The notes: generated by a model not told the origin, from the sequence alone. Positions 48,671-61,756 are shown, counted from the whole stretch's first letter. The stretch: DNA of 63,166 bases, filler included, from Rhabdomonas costata (GCA_019059605.1; 39 parts of 39 records of this genome joined end to end with filler, not necessarily neighbours in it); one strand, 5' to 3'. Numbers and translations: made by a program.

Positions 48671-50192
48671 CCAGAACTCGCGTGTGGCCTCTCGGAAGAT
48701 GATGATCCTCCTTGCAATGTTGACATATATTACAAGTCAGCACATACGCTTTACATTTCTCTTGATGTTCTTGAACACAAACGTCCTCTTTATCATCGCT
48801 GAAGTTCTAGCCAATCCCCAATGTCCTTCGGCTGGGGAATCATGATAACACGATATAACTTCTAGCTCCCGCTGTTAATGCACCACAATCTTCCCTTTAT
48901 CCCAAATACGTCCATGATGCCACTTCGTTGGGTCCAGCAGATCTGCAGTCGTCATGTTGAAGTACTTTCTACGTATAGCTGGGTATAGCCAGTAGACCAC
49001 CCACCAATCGTCTGGCTCTTCTGCTGGTACAACGCGTGTGGGCGCGCATAGCGGTCCGCCGAAAAACACTGACACAAAACATTTACCTTCATGTATTTAT
49101 CCAAGGCTTGTTTCATCTAGCGGGTGACGCGACAACGCGTCAGCTGCCACATTTAGACTTCCGGGAACATGGGAGATCTTCAGCGTATATCTCTGCAACT
49201 TTTCTAGCCATCTAACTTGTCTTGGAGACGGTTGGTGGTTCTTCTGCAGGTAACTCAACGCTGAGTTATCCGTGTGCACTCTAACTTCTGCAACCAACAG
49301 GTAATGTCTCCACTCCTCCAATGTATCCACCAACTCTAACATCTCCTTCTCGTGGACGGGGTAATTCTTTTCTACAGTCGACAGTTTTCTCGACCGGCAC
49401 GATCCCATCATCACCTCTCTGCGACAGTGTGGCTCCAATCACCACTTCCGAGGCATCGGTGTGAAGCACCATCGGCTTCTGAAGTCTTGTACCACAAGAA
49501 CAGGATGCTTTAGCAATATAGCCTTTAGCCTCTAAATTGCAGTCTCCTGCGCTTCAATTCAAACCCATTCTCTCTTCTTTTTCATCAGGTCCGTCATGGG
49601 GGCTGCCACTTTGGCGTAGTCATCCACGAACCTCTGGTAAAAGCCACACAGTCCTAAGAAGATTTTTCACATCCGTTGGGTTCTTTACCTGCGGCCACCT
49701 ATATATCGCCATGAGCTTTCTCTGCTGTGGCCTGATTCCATTCCTTTCCACAATTAAACCGGAGTACTCTACCTCAGACTGAGCAAACACGCATTTATCC
49801 GGATTTGCATATAGCTTTTTTATCCAACCTCTGGTGTAGCACTCGCAACGCCTCGACGTGCGCTTCTAACGTGTACGTGTGCACCAATATATCATCCACG
49901 TACGCCACCGTCGTCTCCCGTAGGTCTTCCATTATGAAATCCATCGTCCTCTGAAATGTAGCTGGGGCGTTACACAAGCCTAACGGAATCACCAAACACT
50001 GGTAGGCTCCGTACTTTGTCTTAAATGCCGTTAGCTCCAAGTGGTCTGGATGGTGAAATCCCGCGCGCAAGTCTTAATTCGAAAACCATTTAGCTTTGCC
50101 TGCGTTATCAATCATCTCGTCTATCCTGGTCATGGGGTACGAATCCGTGACAGTAATTGCATTTAGCGGTATGTAGTCAACACACAGTTTCA
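48671..50192 (-). mobile_element. Degenerate Ty3/Gypsy pol fragment (RT, RNase H, integrase Zn-finger), same family as 1-1524
   Basis: CVDY..LN, YPMTRIDE, PLGLCNAPATFQ, YVDD, LHTDAS, EKEML..WRHYL..HTDN, ADALSR, YHDSPAEGHWG and CNICQHCK, with several stops and frameshifts. Confidence 0.95.
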
Positions 50193-51331
50193 NNNNNNNN
50201 NNNNNNNNNNNNNNNNNNNNNNNNNNNNNNNNNNNNTTAATTAATTAANNNNNNNNNNNNNNNNNNNNNNNNNNNNNNNNNNNNNNNNNNNNGGTGGGGG
50301 GTGGCGGTCAGCGTGGGTTCCTAAAAAGGTCGGAAGGTCTTTGTTCCGAAATCTTGTCGAGCGGAGGCGGATTTTGCTACAGGCCCTTCGTTCCCCGCGA
50401 TAATCCAGAGCGAAAAGGGAGAAGGGTGAGGCGGGAGAATGAGGTGGTGCACAGAGGAGGAGGAGGAGTTGCCTGGATCGTGGCAGCGGCACAGGCCTGC
50501 CGACTAGCCTGATGCCGCAAGCTGGCCTCCCAAAGGCTGCGGTGAAAAGTAAGGGAAACCCACCCAGAAATGGCAGCTTCCTTCCACAAGCTCAAACGTA
50601 CAACGTTCTGTAAATGGAAACAAGGAGCAAGACAAAAATCGACTTATCCTGACAGAAAATCAATCACAGGTCTTTTCGAATACAAAATGTAAAAATGGCA
50701 ACATTGTGGCAAAAAAAAGAAGGGAAAACATCTCCCGAAAACAGACACATCGACCGAAGAACCTTTGAAGGCAGATCTGGACCTGGGGGACGGACTCAGA
50801 GCACTCGGTCTCGACGATGTGCTGGGGGCGCAAAAGGTGTGCGTGGGTATATATGCAGGCGGGGACTCGGGGAGAAGAGTGTGGGTCCCCAAACGAAGTC
50901 AGGATGCCGGGAGCGAACAATGTTCTAAAAGCAGCGGAGGGAGCCGGAAAGTGGAGAGTATGCAGGGTGCAATCAGAAGAAGAGCAAACCAAGCTGGCGC
51001 AGCCACAACTCAGCATTCCCTCTCTCTTCCATCACCACCACCACTACCACCACAATACCACCACCACAGCACCAACCCCAGATTGCGAGTCAGAAACGCG
51101 GGTGCTACGTTTGGCTCTTGGAACGGAACCAACAATAGCGAAGCAGGATTGGGAAACGGCAGGTATAATTTCACTCGTGTCCACACAGGGCAGCATGAAA
51201 CACGGGCACTGTTTTGCTTTTTTGAGCCGCATTGTTTGCGCCCTCTCTGAATTTCAACACAACCCGAGAAATTGTCCCCTCTAATCTCAACCCTTTTTTG
51301 CCTTTTTGCCCCGTCTGTTCTCTTCTCAAAC

Positions 51332-51601
51332 CTGGAGGAGCATTTGCTCACACAGCCTGTGGCGGCAGAGATGACCCCTGCCCACGCGCTGCAGCAGCGC
51401 CGTGGCGGCGGTGCGAAGGGAAGACACCCTGCGGCGTGCCAGCCAACCTCGCACCATTCGCTGTATGGACATCGCGCTGGTGTGCCACAGGGCGAGCCAG
51501 GCCTGCACCACGGCCTCCCTCTGCCGGGCAATCTGCCTCCGGCCAAGGAACCCCCGAGCCAGGGCTTGAATCCGGGTGGCGGCTCGTTCGGCAGCTGCAG
51601 C
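51332..51601 (-). CDS. IQ calmodulin-binding motif protein exon
   Basis: 270-nt AG/GT exon with AATRIQALARGFLGRR, AMSIQRMVRGWLARR and ALLQRVGRGHLCR. Confidence 0.85.
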
Positions 51602-51913
51602 CTGGAAAGCAGTTATACACGGCGAGTTACGAGACTGGAAATTCTGTATTGCGGTATCTTTCCTTTTGGTGGGGCCTAGGTTTTCGGAGTACTCTGCGGT
51701 GCACGCGCAGTATGGTCCCCTCCCGCATTTCTCTGTCTCAGCTTCGCACTGCTTCCCCTACAGCCCAGACACAGCCCAAGCCCTGCCCAACCACACCAAC
51801 CACACCCACCACANNNNNNNNNNNNNNNNNNNNNNNNNNNNNNNNNNNNNNNNNNNNTTAATTAATTAANNNNNNNNNNNNNNNNNNNNNNNNNNNNNNN
51901 NNNNNNNNNNNNN

Positions 51914-53000
51914 GGGTTGGGGGTGGGGTATGAAGGAAAGAAAAAGGTGGTGTCCTTTTTCTTTCCACGAGGCGCAGACTTGAGGGAAAGGTGATGACAA
52001 TGATGCCCGGATCCATCGAGTCGGTGATGTTGAAGCTCAGCAGAACGTAAGTGGTGGCACTTTGGTTCGATGTGGGGGTAAACTGTGCCTCCAGGCCGGT
52101 GACGCCTTAGGGAAGAGAAAAGTTCAAAAAAAAAAAGTCATTCGCCACTTTCTTCACTCACCTTCGCCGAGGAAGCATGGTTCTGTTCCTTTTCTGCACA
52201 ACCATGTGGATTCAAAAGCTGAGCTTGGTGGCTGGTGACTTCAAAAGGTGAGCTTGGTGACTCACGCGTTCAGCACGTCTCTTCCTCGCTCGTTTTGATC
52301 CAAAAAGCTTAGCTGCACCTGAATACACTTGAAAGTTTGAGGCAAAGATTTTCCACTGCTTGCTGCAGAGGGCGGGGGCCATACTGGGGCAAAGCAAGTT
52401 GTCGTATTCCAGCTGTGCACTGAAGCGGAATGTTCCAAAGAAGACGGAGTGAGACCCTGAAAAAGAAAAAGCAGGAAGCACAATCTGCCTCATCTAAACC
52501 AGCGAAGTTGCAGGGAACTTCGAGGCGGTTAACCAAAGTTAAAGTGATGAAAGTAACTTGGGAAAGGTCTTCGCAATCTCAAAACCACAAAACCTCAAAA
52601 CCAACTTCATGACATCCATCCCCTGGCGCATTGATCAAGGCTGCCCTTACTTCAATAACGTATGTCTCAAAGACGTAGGTGGCATCGTTAAACTTCGCCT
52701 TAGGTTAATGGAATGCAACAGATTTCTCAAGTTCTGAAGTCGGACGGTGGGAAGCCAAAATTTGTGCTTAAAGCTGCGAGTGTCAAAACAGAAAGTTAAA
52801 TGGGGGAGGGAAAGGAGAAAGTGGACGAAGGAGCAGAAACCGACGGCACTGCAGGAGTGTCCCAGAGGAGGCATGTTCACGCCAAACACAGTGAGCCACG
52901 TGGCCTGACCAGGAGCCACAGTGGTTCCCCCGGTCACAACTTGCGAGATGGAGATCTCAATCCCAGGAAGGTTCGTCACCTTGGGCCCTGTGGGTGACAG
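51914..53000 (-). CDS. Multi-exon hypothetical beta-rich protein
   Basis: Several AG-bounded frames (GPKVTNLPGIEISISQVVTGG..; FSAQLEYDNLLCP..; VTGLEAQFTP..VLLSFNITDS). Exon borders not fully resolved. Confidence 0.35.
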
Positions 53001-53581
53001 TTGACAGGAGTGTTGAGAGTTTCCAACCCGTCCCAAATTCTCCAGTGTCCCGCCAACGGTTCAACGTCGGTCCACTTTTGCGCCAACTTCTTGCAGTCTC
53101 GCACCATTCTTAACTCAGCAGCGAAACAGTAGCTCCGGCACACAGCGGCTATGCTGCCTAAGACCACGGGGCAGGCAAACATATGCACACTGCAGTTCGA
53201 ACAAACGACCGGAACACAAAATGAAAACGACGGGAGGGGGGAGAGGAAAAGCATCGGTGAGGTTCTTAACTCGACATAGCTGAACCTCAGTCACTAAGTC
53301 GGCATTACGGTTGACCCACAGCCTTCAAAGATACACACGAAAACGCCGGAAACGAAATGACATGGTAGACCATTCAAAAACTCCACAAAATTCCCAAGAA
53401 CCTGCGAAGGTCAGGTTCCAGTCGCCACACACCACNNNNNNNNNNNNNNNNNNNNNNNNNNNNNNNNNNNNNNNNNNNNTTAATTAATTAANNNNNNNNN
53501 NNNNNNNNNNNNNNNNNNNNNNNNNNNNNNNNNNNAGAAACCTTTCGGAGGATGGGTGTGGGCATGACGTGTTGCTGTTAG

Positions 53582-54456
53582 GCTGAGCTGGTGGGGCACA
53601 AGGACAGGCACTTCTCGACGTCCTGGAAGAGTAAGGCAACGTCTCGGCGGTGGGCTCTCCGGGCGGAGGTGATTTCTGGCGTGCCATGACCGATTCGTCA
53701 TCGAAATAGTTCAAAATGATATTCTTGGCAGAAGAAAGCCCAGAGGATTGGCTACATGCCCAAGATAGGCAAGCTGTATTGCCACTGTCCCTCATTGTGG
53801 GAAGCAATCACTTCCCTCCTGACCTCGAACTCTACAAATGTTCGGTCCTCGATGCATTGCCCTCTCTGTCAATCAAAACCGCTCTTTATGGTGGTGCGGT
53901 TGTCAATTTGACTTAAATTGCGGAAATAAAATTCTCAACCTTTGATTGGAATTTTTAACTGCAATGCTGTTTCGTGGCATTGTGGAACAGGACTGGGCAG
54001 CGCTGTCACTAGTGAGCTCCTCCTATGAGGCGGTCGCTCCTTTGGCCGACATCCTCGAGGAGAAGCCCAGGCCGCCCAAGCGAAGGTGGGGTGCCACACA
54101 CACGTATTTTTGCTGAGTGCATTTTCCCTCTTGATTTGGTGAGACAGGAGACGACGATGTTGCCGCCAGACACTAAATGTGTGCATGCATGTATGCGAGC
54201 CACCTTCCGCTGGATTGCTGGATGAGTGGATGAAACATGGTTGGTTTCGACATTGCTTTGAGTTGTGGCATGTCTTTTTGGGAGTGCTTGGCGTGGGGGA
54301 AGCTTTGGCTCCGTCGTGAGTGCTGAGCTGACGTCCGCGGCGAGTGCACCTGACGTGGTCCTGTCGCGGGGCGATGACCGGGAGTACCGCTGCTGTGTTT
54401 GCGACGAACTCATGGGCAAGCACCTTGACGATGCCGTGGGGGAGTGGACCCTCGTG
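53582..54456 (+). CDS. Pcf11-like cleavage/polyadenylation factor, zinc-finger region exons
   Basis: LVGHKDRHF (53582-53630), an EDWL segment, and CCVCDELMGKHLDDAVGEWTLV (ending 54456) follow the Pcf11 order HxDxH..DW..CxxCxE..D..EW. Confidence 0.55.
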
Positions 54457-55157
54457 GTATGTTGGCAGAGAAGCGGGCCCCGTTCTTTTGCGATCTTTTT
54501 TTGTCCTACTTTGGATTTTAGTTTGCTTGACGGAACTAATTGCCGAACATGCTGGGACTCACACTCATGGACACGATTACTTTGTTCCCGGGATAAAATG
54601 GTTTGGAGTAACTGCATAACAAAAAACCTTGTTGGTTAAATCAGTACCGAGGGGAAAACTGGTTCTGTTTTCTCTGCTGGGCGCTATTACAGGCTGGGCA
54701 CGCTGATTGTAAACCTTTTTATGGAAAGGTGCAGCACAGGAGGTGAAAATTTTGACTCCGTCATAAAAAAAAATACAACCCTTGGGGCTGTTTGGTGTAT
54801 AGGAGGAGTACAGGGCAGGGTCGGTTGAGGTGGTGTCTCCGAGAAGCGGTCCTTTCGGTGAAGAGTCGATCGGACAGATTTCCTCACACAGGAGTATTGT
54901 GATCCCTGATCAGGCATTCGTGGCTTTCAGAATTTCAGATTTTTGTTATCAAAAAACCAGTTGTTTATTTCTGCAAGAATACCAAGTTCTTTTTCAGGCC
55001 TTACTGCAGTGACCAGCGACCCTTGCATCCAGCTGATGATGAGACCCACACTCTCACNNNNNNNNNNNNNNNNNNNNNNNNNNNNNNNNNNNNNNNNNNN
55101 NTTAATTAATTAANNNNNNNNNNNNNNNNNNNNNNNNNNNNNNNNNNNNNNNNNNNN

Positions 55158-55707
55158 GGGAGTCCCCCTTGGCCATGGCGCGGCAGAGGTTGAAAGCCGC
55201 GAACAGACCCGTGGGGTCCATGTGCGCCATGCCCACCTCGTGCGCGACCTGCTGGGCAATCTCGTCGCGCACCTGATCCACCACCGTTTCCTCGACCTTC
55301 TTGACGGAAAGCTTGGCAACCGCCTCCACGAGCTTGTCCCCAGTCACGTTGGGATTCTTCAGCAGCTTGATGGCGGCCTCAAACGCGAATCGCTCCTCCT
55401 CTGTCAGATCGCCGTCACACGCCTCCTGCAGCATTTCTATTAGCTTCGTTCTCTCCTGGGGGCTGTCCACGGTGTTCCTAAGGCGAGCGGAGGCCTCGGC
55501 GTCGAGCTGCCCCGAGCCCTGGGTGCTTCTGTGCGAGTAACATTTCATGCACATGTCCCAGTTGCAGTGCTCGCAGCGGTACCCGAAGTGTCCCCCGGGG
55601 ATCCCTGCCTTGCACATGTCACAAACACAGCCATCGTACCAGTGCTTTTCCGTCAGACTCAAAGGGTGCTCATGGACCTCCTTGACAACAATAGTGGCGC
55701 TGCTCAT
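55158..55707 (-). CDS. DC1/ZZ-like zinc-finger protein (3'-partial)
   Basis: ATG at 55707; HEHPL..CDMC..YRCEHCNWDMCMKC followed by a helical region; frame open to the contig end. Confidence 0.85.
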
Positions 55708-58700
55708 TGTACAGTTCGAGAGCTGGATGAAAAACAATAAGAGGGGTTCACAGATGCGTACAGGAAATCCAGTCATTTTTTTGGAGTGGGGGGCGTTAAA
55801 CGGTTAATGCCGGCGAACGTTTTGGACTTTGTAGATCGATTGGGACAACATTAGTTCAGGGCGGGCGCCAGCCCCCGGCGCTTGATGAGGCAGGGACGTG
55901 AAACGGGTCATTCAAAAGTTTGACTTTTTGGAGAGCACGGGGTGTGCCTACACCTACCTGATGGTATTTTTCCGAAGGGGGTTAGGTATACTGTTCTACT
56001 GCCACCTTTTTGCGAAGTTTAAGATTTTTCGCCCGTTTAACAATTAAACAGATACCCCACAGAAAAAATGCAACATTCTATCTCCCGGTGGAATTGTTTC
56101 AGGGAACGGGAAATTAGTTGGTGAAAACCGGGGTCTCGATGTGGTTCATCACTCGCCCTTGTTCTTTTCGGGTCGGGAATTTTAACCGCATGCAGCTATC
56201 TTTTTGCGTGCATTGTTCGAGTAACTGTTGTGCTAAGCCGGTAAAGAAGTGAGACCTTTCGGACTGAGGCGGAAAATAGAAAAGCTTGGGTCCCCTTTTT
56301 CCAGTGCTAGGAAACTTACATTTGTAAACATTCTTCTACGTGACATTCGCCTTTCTGCCGCTGAATTGCGTTTTGTTTTGTGCCCTTTGTGGAAGAGAGA
56401 CTTTTTTCACTCCTCTGCCCTCCCTCTCTTTGACCTCTCACAGCTTTACAACGAAGCAATCATTTCATTTTTTTCATTCGCTTCACGTAACCTCAAAGCA
56501 CTGGTGAACCATATTTTTCTTGTGCCCTTCTGTACCCTGTGTCCTTTTGTCAATGGCTCAGGGCTTTTCTCAAAAGAGGTTCCTGGACTTCAGCGTCAGC
56601 TGTGACAGCATGAACCCTACGAAGCATGAAAGCATGAACCCTTGAAGCCCTCAACACGTGAACCCTGAGACCAACAACCNNNNNNNNNNNNNNNNNNNNN
56701 NNNNNNNNNNNNNNNNNNNNNNNTTAATTAATTAANNNNNNNNNNNNNNNNNNNNNNNNNNNNNNNNNNNNNNNNNNNNGGTGTTTTTGAGCGCTGGATT
56801 CTCTCCCTACACGTACGGAGTGTGAAAACTCCCGATACCCGCAAACCTGCCCATTCTCCTGTAATACGTGACATTCGCTTTTCGTACTGAAGCCGTTTCC
56901 TGCGTCTCACTGTGTCACAGCTCGAAGGCGGGTCAGCCTGTGGTACATCGGCGGGGGCAAGCCCGTGCCCACCACCCCGGAGCCCAGCCAGATTGACCCC
57001 CCGCAGGTTGTTCTGCCGATCACGGCGCTTGAGGGCTGGAAGGCGGCGCAGCCCAGCCTGTGAGGAGAAGTAATGGGAGTGAAAGGAAAAAAGTGAAAAG
57101 AATATGCACCAGCACGTCAAAGTAATGCCCGGTGTGTAATCGTGTGCGAATGTCAGCCTATACCGAAGTTGGGCGAGAAAGCAGCATGCACCTGATCCGG
57201 CGGATAATCGGCGCTTCCTGGAATTCCCTCCAAAAGATCTCAGTATACAGAAAGCGCCCGGGAGCGCTAGACTAGGTATTAGAGTGTTGATAGTGATGGT
57301 GAAGCGTACGGGAGGAGTCGCAATTCCCAGCAATTCACAGAGGGTTTCAGAACCTTCTGCTGTCAACTTTGTCCAAATGCGGAATCGAAATCCGAACAAA
57401 ACCGATGACTTTTGAGTTCACCATCATCCTTTCCTGCGACGTTGAAATCACGTTGCCTATCGTGCAGCGTAAAGAGATGTTCGCAGGCATAGCGCTTCTC
57501 TCGGCAACCCGCCAAGCTTGTTTCGGGCCTTCACTCTAACTACCAAAATTTAACTTTTGAGCCATATAATGCAATGCACCTCGTATAGATGGGCGCACTC
57601 GGCCTTCTCACCTTATTTCCCAAGCGGCAGTCATCCTGTGCGAGTCGTGTCTGAACTTTCACAGACACAGATCGGGAGGTGCCTTTTGTGTGTGTGTGTG
57701 AAAAGGACTAAAAGCATGCCCACTGATTTCCTTCGAAGTATATACAGACTTGTTCTGTTTCGACCCCAAAGGCTCCTTGTGCTCCGCACGGATGCCGATT
57801 TCTTCCTTTTTGTGTGCGTGTGTGTGCTCTTGCTGCTTCTGTTGCACAAGAACTTTCAGCCGAGCTCAAAGCTACACTTTGCGTTATGGATCTTCTGGGG
57901 GCTTCTTTCGGTTGAGGTGCTGCCCATGGGTAAAGGTAAAGGGTTAAGGCCACTGGGAGGGGGAACAAGTTGTATTTTTTAGACTTCGGAGCTGGAGTTA
58001 TTGAATCATTTTCCGCTTGGTAGGATAGTCGCCTCAGCCGGATTCGTTGGATTGAAGTCCGTTGCTGCAAGTCTCGGTGGCCGAGAGGCAGCGCGAAGCG
58101 CGGGCTCTGCATGCATCACCTTTTTCACACGGTTCGCTTTTTGAAAAGTGCTTGTTCTGCTCGCACACGGGACGATGTTCTCCCAAGCCCGTAATAACGC
58201 AAGAGCGGAAATATGCTGCATCTGTATGAAGAATTCCCAACAACTTAAAAATTAAACCATGTCTGTGTAGAGGAGGAAAACACTATACACAGTTCAACCA
58301 ANNNNNNNNNNNNNNNNNNNNNNNNNNNNNNNNNNNNNNNNNNNNTTAATTAATTAANNNNNNNNNNNNNNNNNNNNNNNNNNNNNNNNNNNNNNNNNNN
58401 NTTGCTTCAGCGGGCGTTTGAGTTACTGAGTGTGGCCTTTTGAAAGTCCAGTATCATGCACCCTGACATGAAAAAGCATTTTCCGTTGCCCAAATATACG
58501 TCTGAGTTGTCATTGGTGCCACTCCATCGCAATTGGATTTCAGGAAAGTGTCAAGCCTCACTGCTTTGCAAGGCACAACGCAATCACCCCGTGCACGAAA
58601 ATGGGATGCTCTTCAGGGTGAAAGGGCAGGAGGCAAATCACGCTTAGCTCAGAGATACACATCTTGTACCCTGTACATCCAGAGCGTTGCCACGATCCAC

Positions 58701-59205
58701 GCAAAACTAACACTGCAGATGACGCGTTGGTCAATCGGGGGTCAAATACTCCGTTTGTCTCGCATTGATCATGACCTGGTGCGACGCAACTTCCATACCC
58801 GTGTGGCGTACCAGCCGGCAAATGCTCGGCATCGCATACCCCGAGGACATATAGCGGAAGTATAAAGCACGGAACCTGCAGCCAGCAAACAGGGAGTGTT
58901 GACAATTCGCGCTTTTTTCATCGTGGGCCAGATGGTGCAGTCTGCCTTGCCTTGGACCAAACATTCCGCTATGTCCAGAGCATCCTTTGCATGCAGATTC
59001 TCGTTCCAACTTATTATACATTTTGAAACAGACTCTAACAACCGCTCCTTGGCAAGAGGGGCAAGCCAAAAACAAGGGTAAGCAATGCCCAACCATACCG
59101 CGCATAACAGTGGAAACTAGAGAGGGCAGGCAGAGTCAGTAAGGTTAGTACCACAATACAACTGCCGCGTTTGAGGTCGCGAGCAGCGAAATACTCCAGT
59201 CTCGC

Positions 59206-59853
59206 TCACAACAACTGCAAGTGGTAAGAGCCTCGCAAAAGCTCCACCAGCTGCGAGCAGAGGTCGGAAGAGGGCTCCAACCCCTCCGAGCGCCACGCCA
59301 CATGGCCGTCGGGGCGGACCAGCACGGCGCCCGCCTCTGGCACCTCTCGGAGCTCCTTCCAGCGGCCTTGTGAGTCCACGTACCGTGGGGAGCACAGCGA
59401 CGAGGCCCCCTCCACTTGACTCACAACATGGGCACCTGAATGACAAATGGGGGAACACGCAGAGGTAGTGATGTCACCAGGAGAAAGCCGATCAGTAAAG
59501 AGACAACACCGTCGCTCGAACTGCAGGCGCCACGACTCCAGCGGCGAAAACGTACACTTTGGCGATTGGGCCCACCATAAAGCTCATACTCTAAAACGCT
59601 TTGTAAATGCGGGCAACATAAGAAGCCGCAGATGCAGGCGAGAATTAAATGAAGAACCTTCGTCATGCAACACGAGAAATCCGCACATACATCTTACTAC
59701 GGGGTGACCAAGCTGCTTCAAAACGTCAGCGGTGACGCGCTCCCAGGCCTCCCCGGATGCTCCCCCGCTGGTCAGTAAAGTGAACCACATCCCTTGCCCG
59801 AAGAGATCGATGGTACTAACTCGCAGCCCCGTCTCCGCCTCGTTGAGCCTCAT
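59206..59853 (-). CDS. FAD-dependent aromatic monooxygenase (PheA/TfdB-like), last two exons
   Basis: Exon 59853-59691 STIDLFG..FTLL; exon 59435-59206 GRW..GAVLVRPDGHVAWR then stop; phase-1 join. Confidence 0.88.
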
Positions 59854-61248
59854 CTGGATTTCCCTTAACCATTAACTTATCCGGCTTCACCGTCCGCACC
59901 GCCGACTTCAATCTCTGAAAATCNNNNNNNNNNNNNNNNNNNNNNNNNNNNNNNNNNNNNNNNNNNNTTAATTAATTAANNNNNNNNNNNNNNNNNNNNN
60001 NNNNNNNNNNNNNNNNNNNNNNNTGTTGGGTGGAAGGGTTGCTGATGACAAAAAGGGGACAAGGGCATGCGTGAAAACGGTGGCAGAAAACCGAATACGA
60101 GAGAAAGGCTCGTGATCTTTTTTTGCCTGATCAGGCGAAGGTAGTCAGGCTGGTGGTTGGGAGGTTACTACTTCGGGTGCATTTTCTTTTACTACAAGTC
60201 ATCGAAGATGAAGAGGGTCAAGCCGAAGCAGGCCTGGGGTCTTAAGCATGTACAGCAGGCCTCCCGAAACGCTGCGTGACCGGTCCTTGGGGTCAGTTTC
60301 ACCCTCGGCCGGTTGTAGTGCCCCTTGGCAGCTCTTTCGTATCATTTTGCGCCGCTTCTTGCCCCACGCAGAGAAGGGTTTACGTCAGCACCCACAACGC
60401 ACTTTACGAGTAACCACCCAGGCCGAAAGGGGCTCGGCAACTGGCTTTTGACCGCCTGCAGCCCACACAAATCACTGCATCACTGCATCACTGCATCCCT
60501 GTAACCCCATGTTGACGGGTGGGTCACTCATCACGATGGAGTCGTGCAAGGTCAGGCCACCTGCGTCAGCAGGTGTATTTTTACACCAAATTCCCACCAA
60601 GAAGGCAAAATATGCAAAATAAAATGCGTTTTCAGCAGAAAAGCGGGCCTCAGAAAACATGCAAACAAAATGCATTAGCACTTCAAGTTTTTAACTCGAA
60701 AATTACCACCTTCATCAGGTTCCCGCTTTTGCCCATTCCATTCGCAAACCTCACTCAACCCACCCCGCACAGCGGCGTTCGGCTGCGGGCGCCTTTTCAT
60801 GAAAATAATCGCTTGGTTTTTTGGCCAACTCTTATGTTGAGTGTGTCCTCACTTGACGAAGGCCAGCCAAGACAGCCAAAAAGGACAGCTGCCTGCTCTT
60901 CGTACACAGTACCGTAGTATAGCAGCGAAGAAATCGAAACATAAGCTAGGCGACTAACTCACTGGGAAAACATTGGTTACCTGGGTGGTTGCTTGGTCGA
61001 GTTCGGCTGCGGTTGTCTGAACTAAGGACTTCAGATGAGCTTGACACCCCCCAGCCAGAACCTTTGTAAGCAAGCAGCTTTCAAAGACACTCGTTCTTTC
61101 ACCGGGAATCCCCCTCTATTTCTTTGCTCTGTGTTCGATGTTTGCTTTTTTTTTTTGCAAGAATGATCTCAAATGGCGGAGTAGTCAACTTTTACCCTTT
61201 ACACTGGCGGCCCTGAGTGCACCGCGCTGCTAACGCCCAAGCTAGTAG

Positions 61249-61329
61249 TATAGTAAGTTGGGAGCACCATCCCCTTTTTGCGATGCCTTTAGCATCGCAA
61301 AAACGGGATGTTGCGCCCAACTTACTATA
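61249..61329. repeat. Imperfect inverted repeat (38-bp arms, 5-nt loop)
   Basis: TATAGTAAGTTGGGAGCACCATCCCCTTTTTGCGATGC-CTTTA-GCATCGCAAAAACGGGATGTTGCGCCCAACTTACTATA; 3 mismatches. Confidence 0.95.
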
Positions 61330-61440
61330 GGTTTTAGTGAGTTTAGTGGTAGATTTATAGTAGGTTTAGTAAGTTTGGTAGTAGGTTTAGTGAGTTTAGT
61401 AGTGGGTTTATAGTAGTTTTTATAGTAGTTTTTATAGTAG
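61330..61440 (+). repeat. C-free TAG/GTTTAGT-rich minisatellite
   Basis: Degenerate units GTTTAGT(G/A)AG and TTTATAGTAG directly after the hairpin. Confidence 0.9.
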
Positions 61441-61756
61441 ATTTTTTATATTCATTCTTGTAATTGCTTCTTCAGTAAATTCAAAAATAGAGCATTTTCT
61501 CGAGGTCTTTTGTTCTCAATCAACAAAAAACCCAACCACAACACNNNNNNNNNNNNNNNNNNNNNNNNNNNNNNNNNNNNNNNNNNNNTTAATTAATTAA
61601 NNNNNNNNNNNNNNNNNNNNNNNNNNNNNNNNNNNNNNNNNNNNGTGAGAGTGGCGACGTGAGAATGTGGCCGGAGTGGCAGGATCCGCGTGCGCCCTCA
61701 TTTGGACCTTTTAGGGCATTTTCGACTTCGAAGATTTTCAAGGGCCTAGGGTGCAC

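Noticed and set aside
55880..55915. Hammerhead-like TTGATGAG..GAAAC..GTC
   Set aside because: The core C is missing and stems I-III cannot be formed convincingly.
56608..56668. TGAACCCT repeats near a contig end as telomere
   Set aside because: Only three irregularly spaced units, not a tandem telomeric array.
3196..57399. ORF-track entries containing X runs or ending in LIN or N
   Set aside because: They translate into the artificial spacer, so their ends are not real.
1569..61600. 38 identical TTAATTAATTAA repeats at regular spacing, superficially an array with unique spacers
   Set aside because: Each sits between 44-N pads; it is a six-frame-stop linker added when contigs were concatenated, not CRISPR or any genomic repeat.
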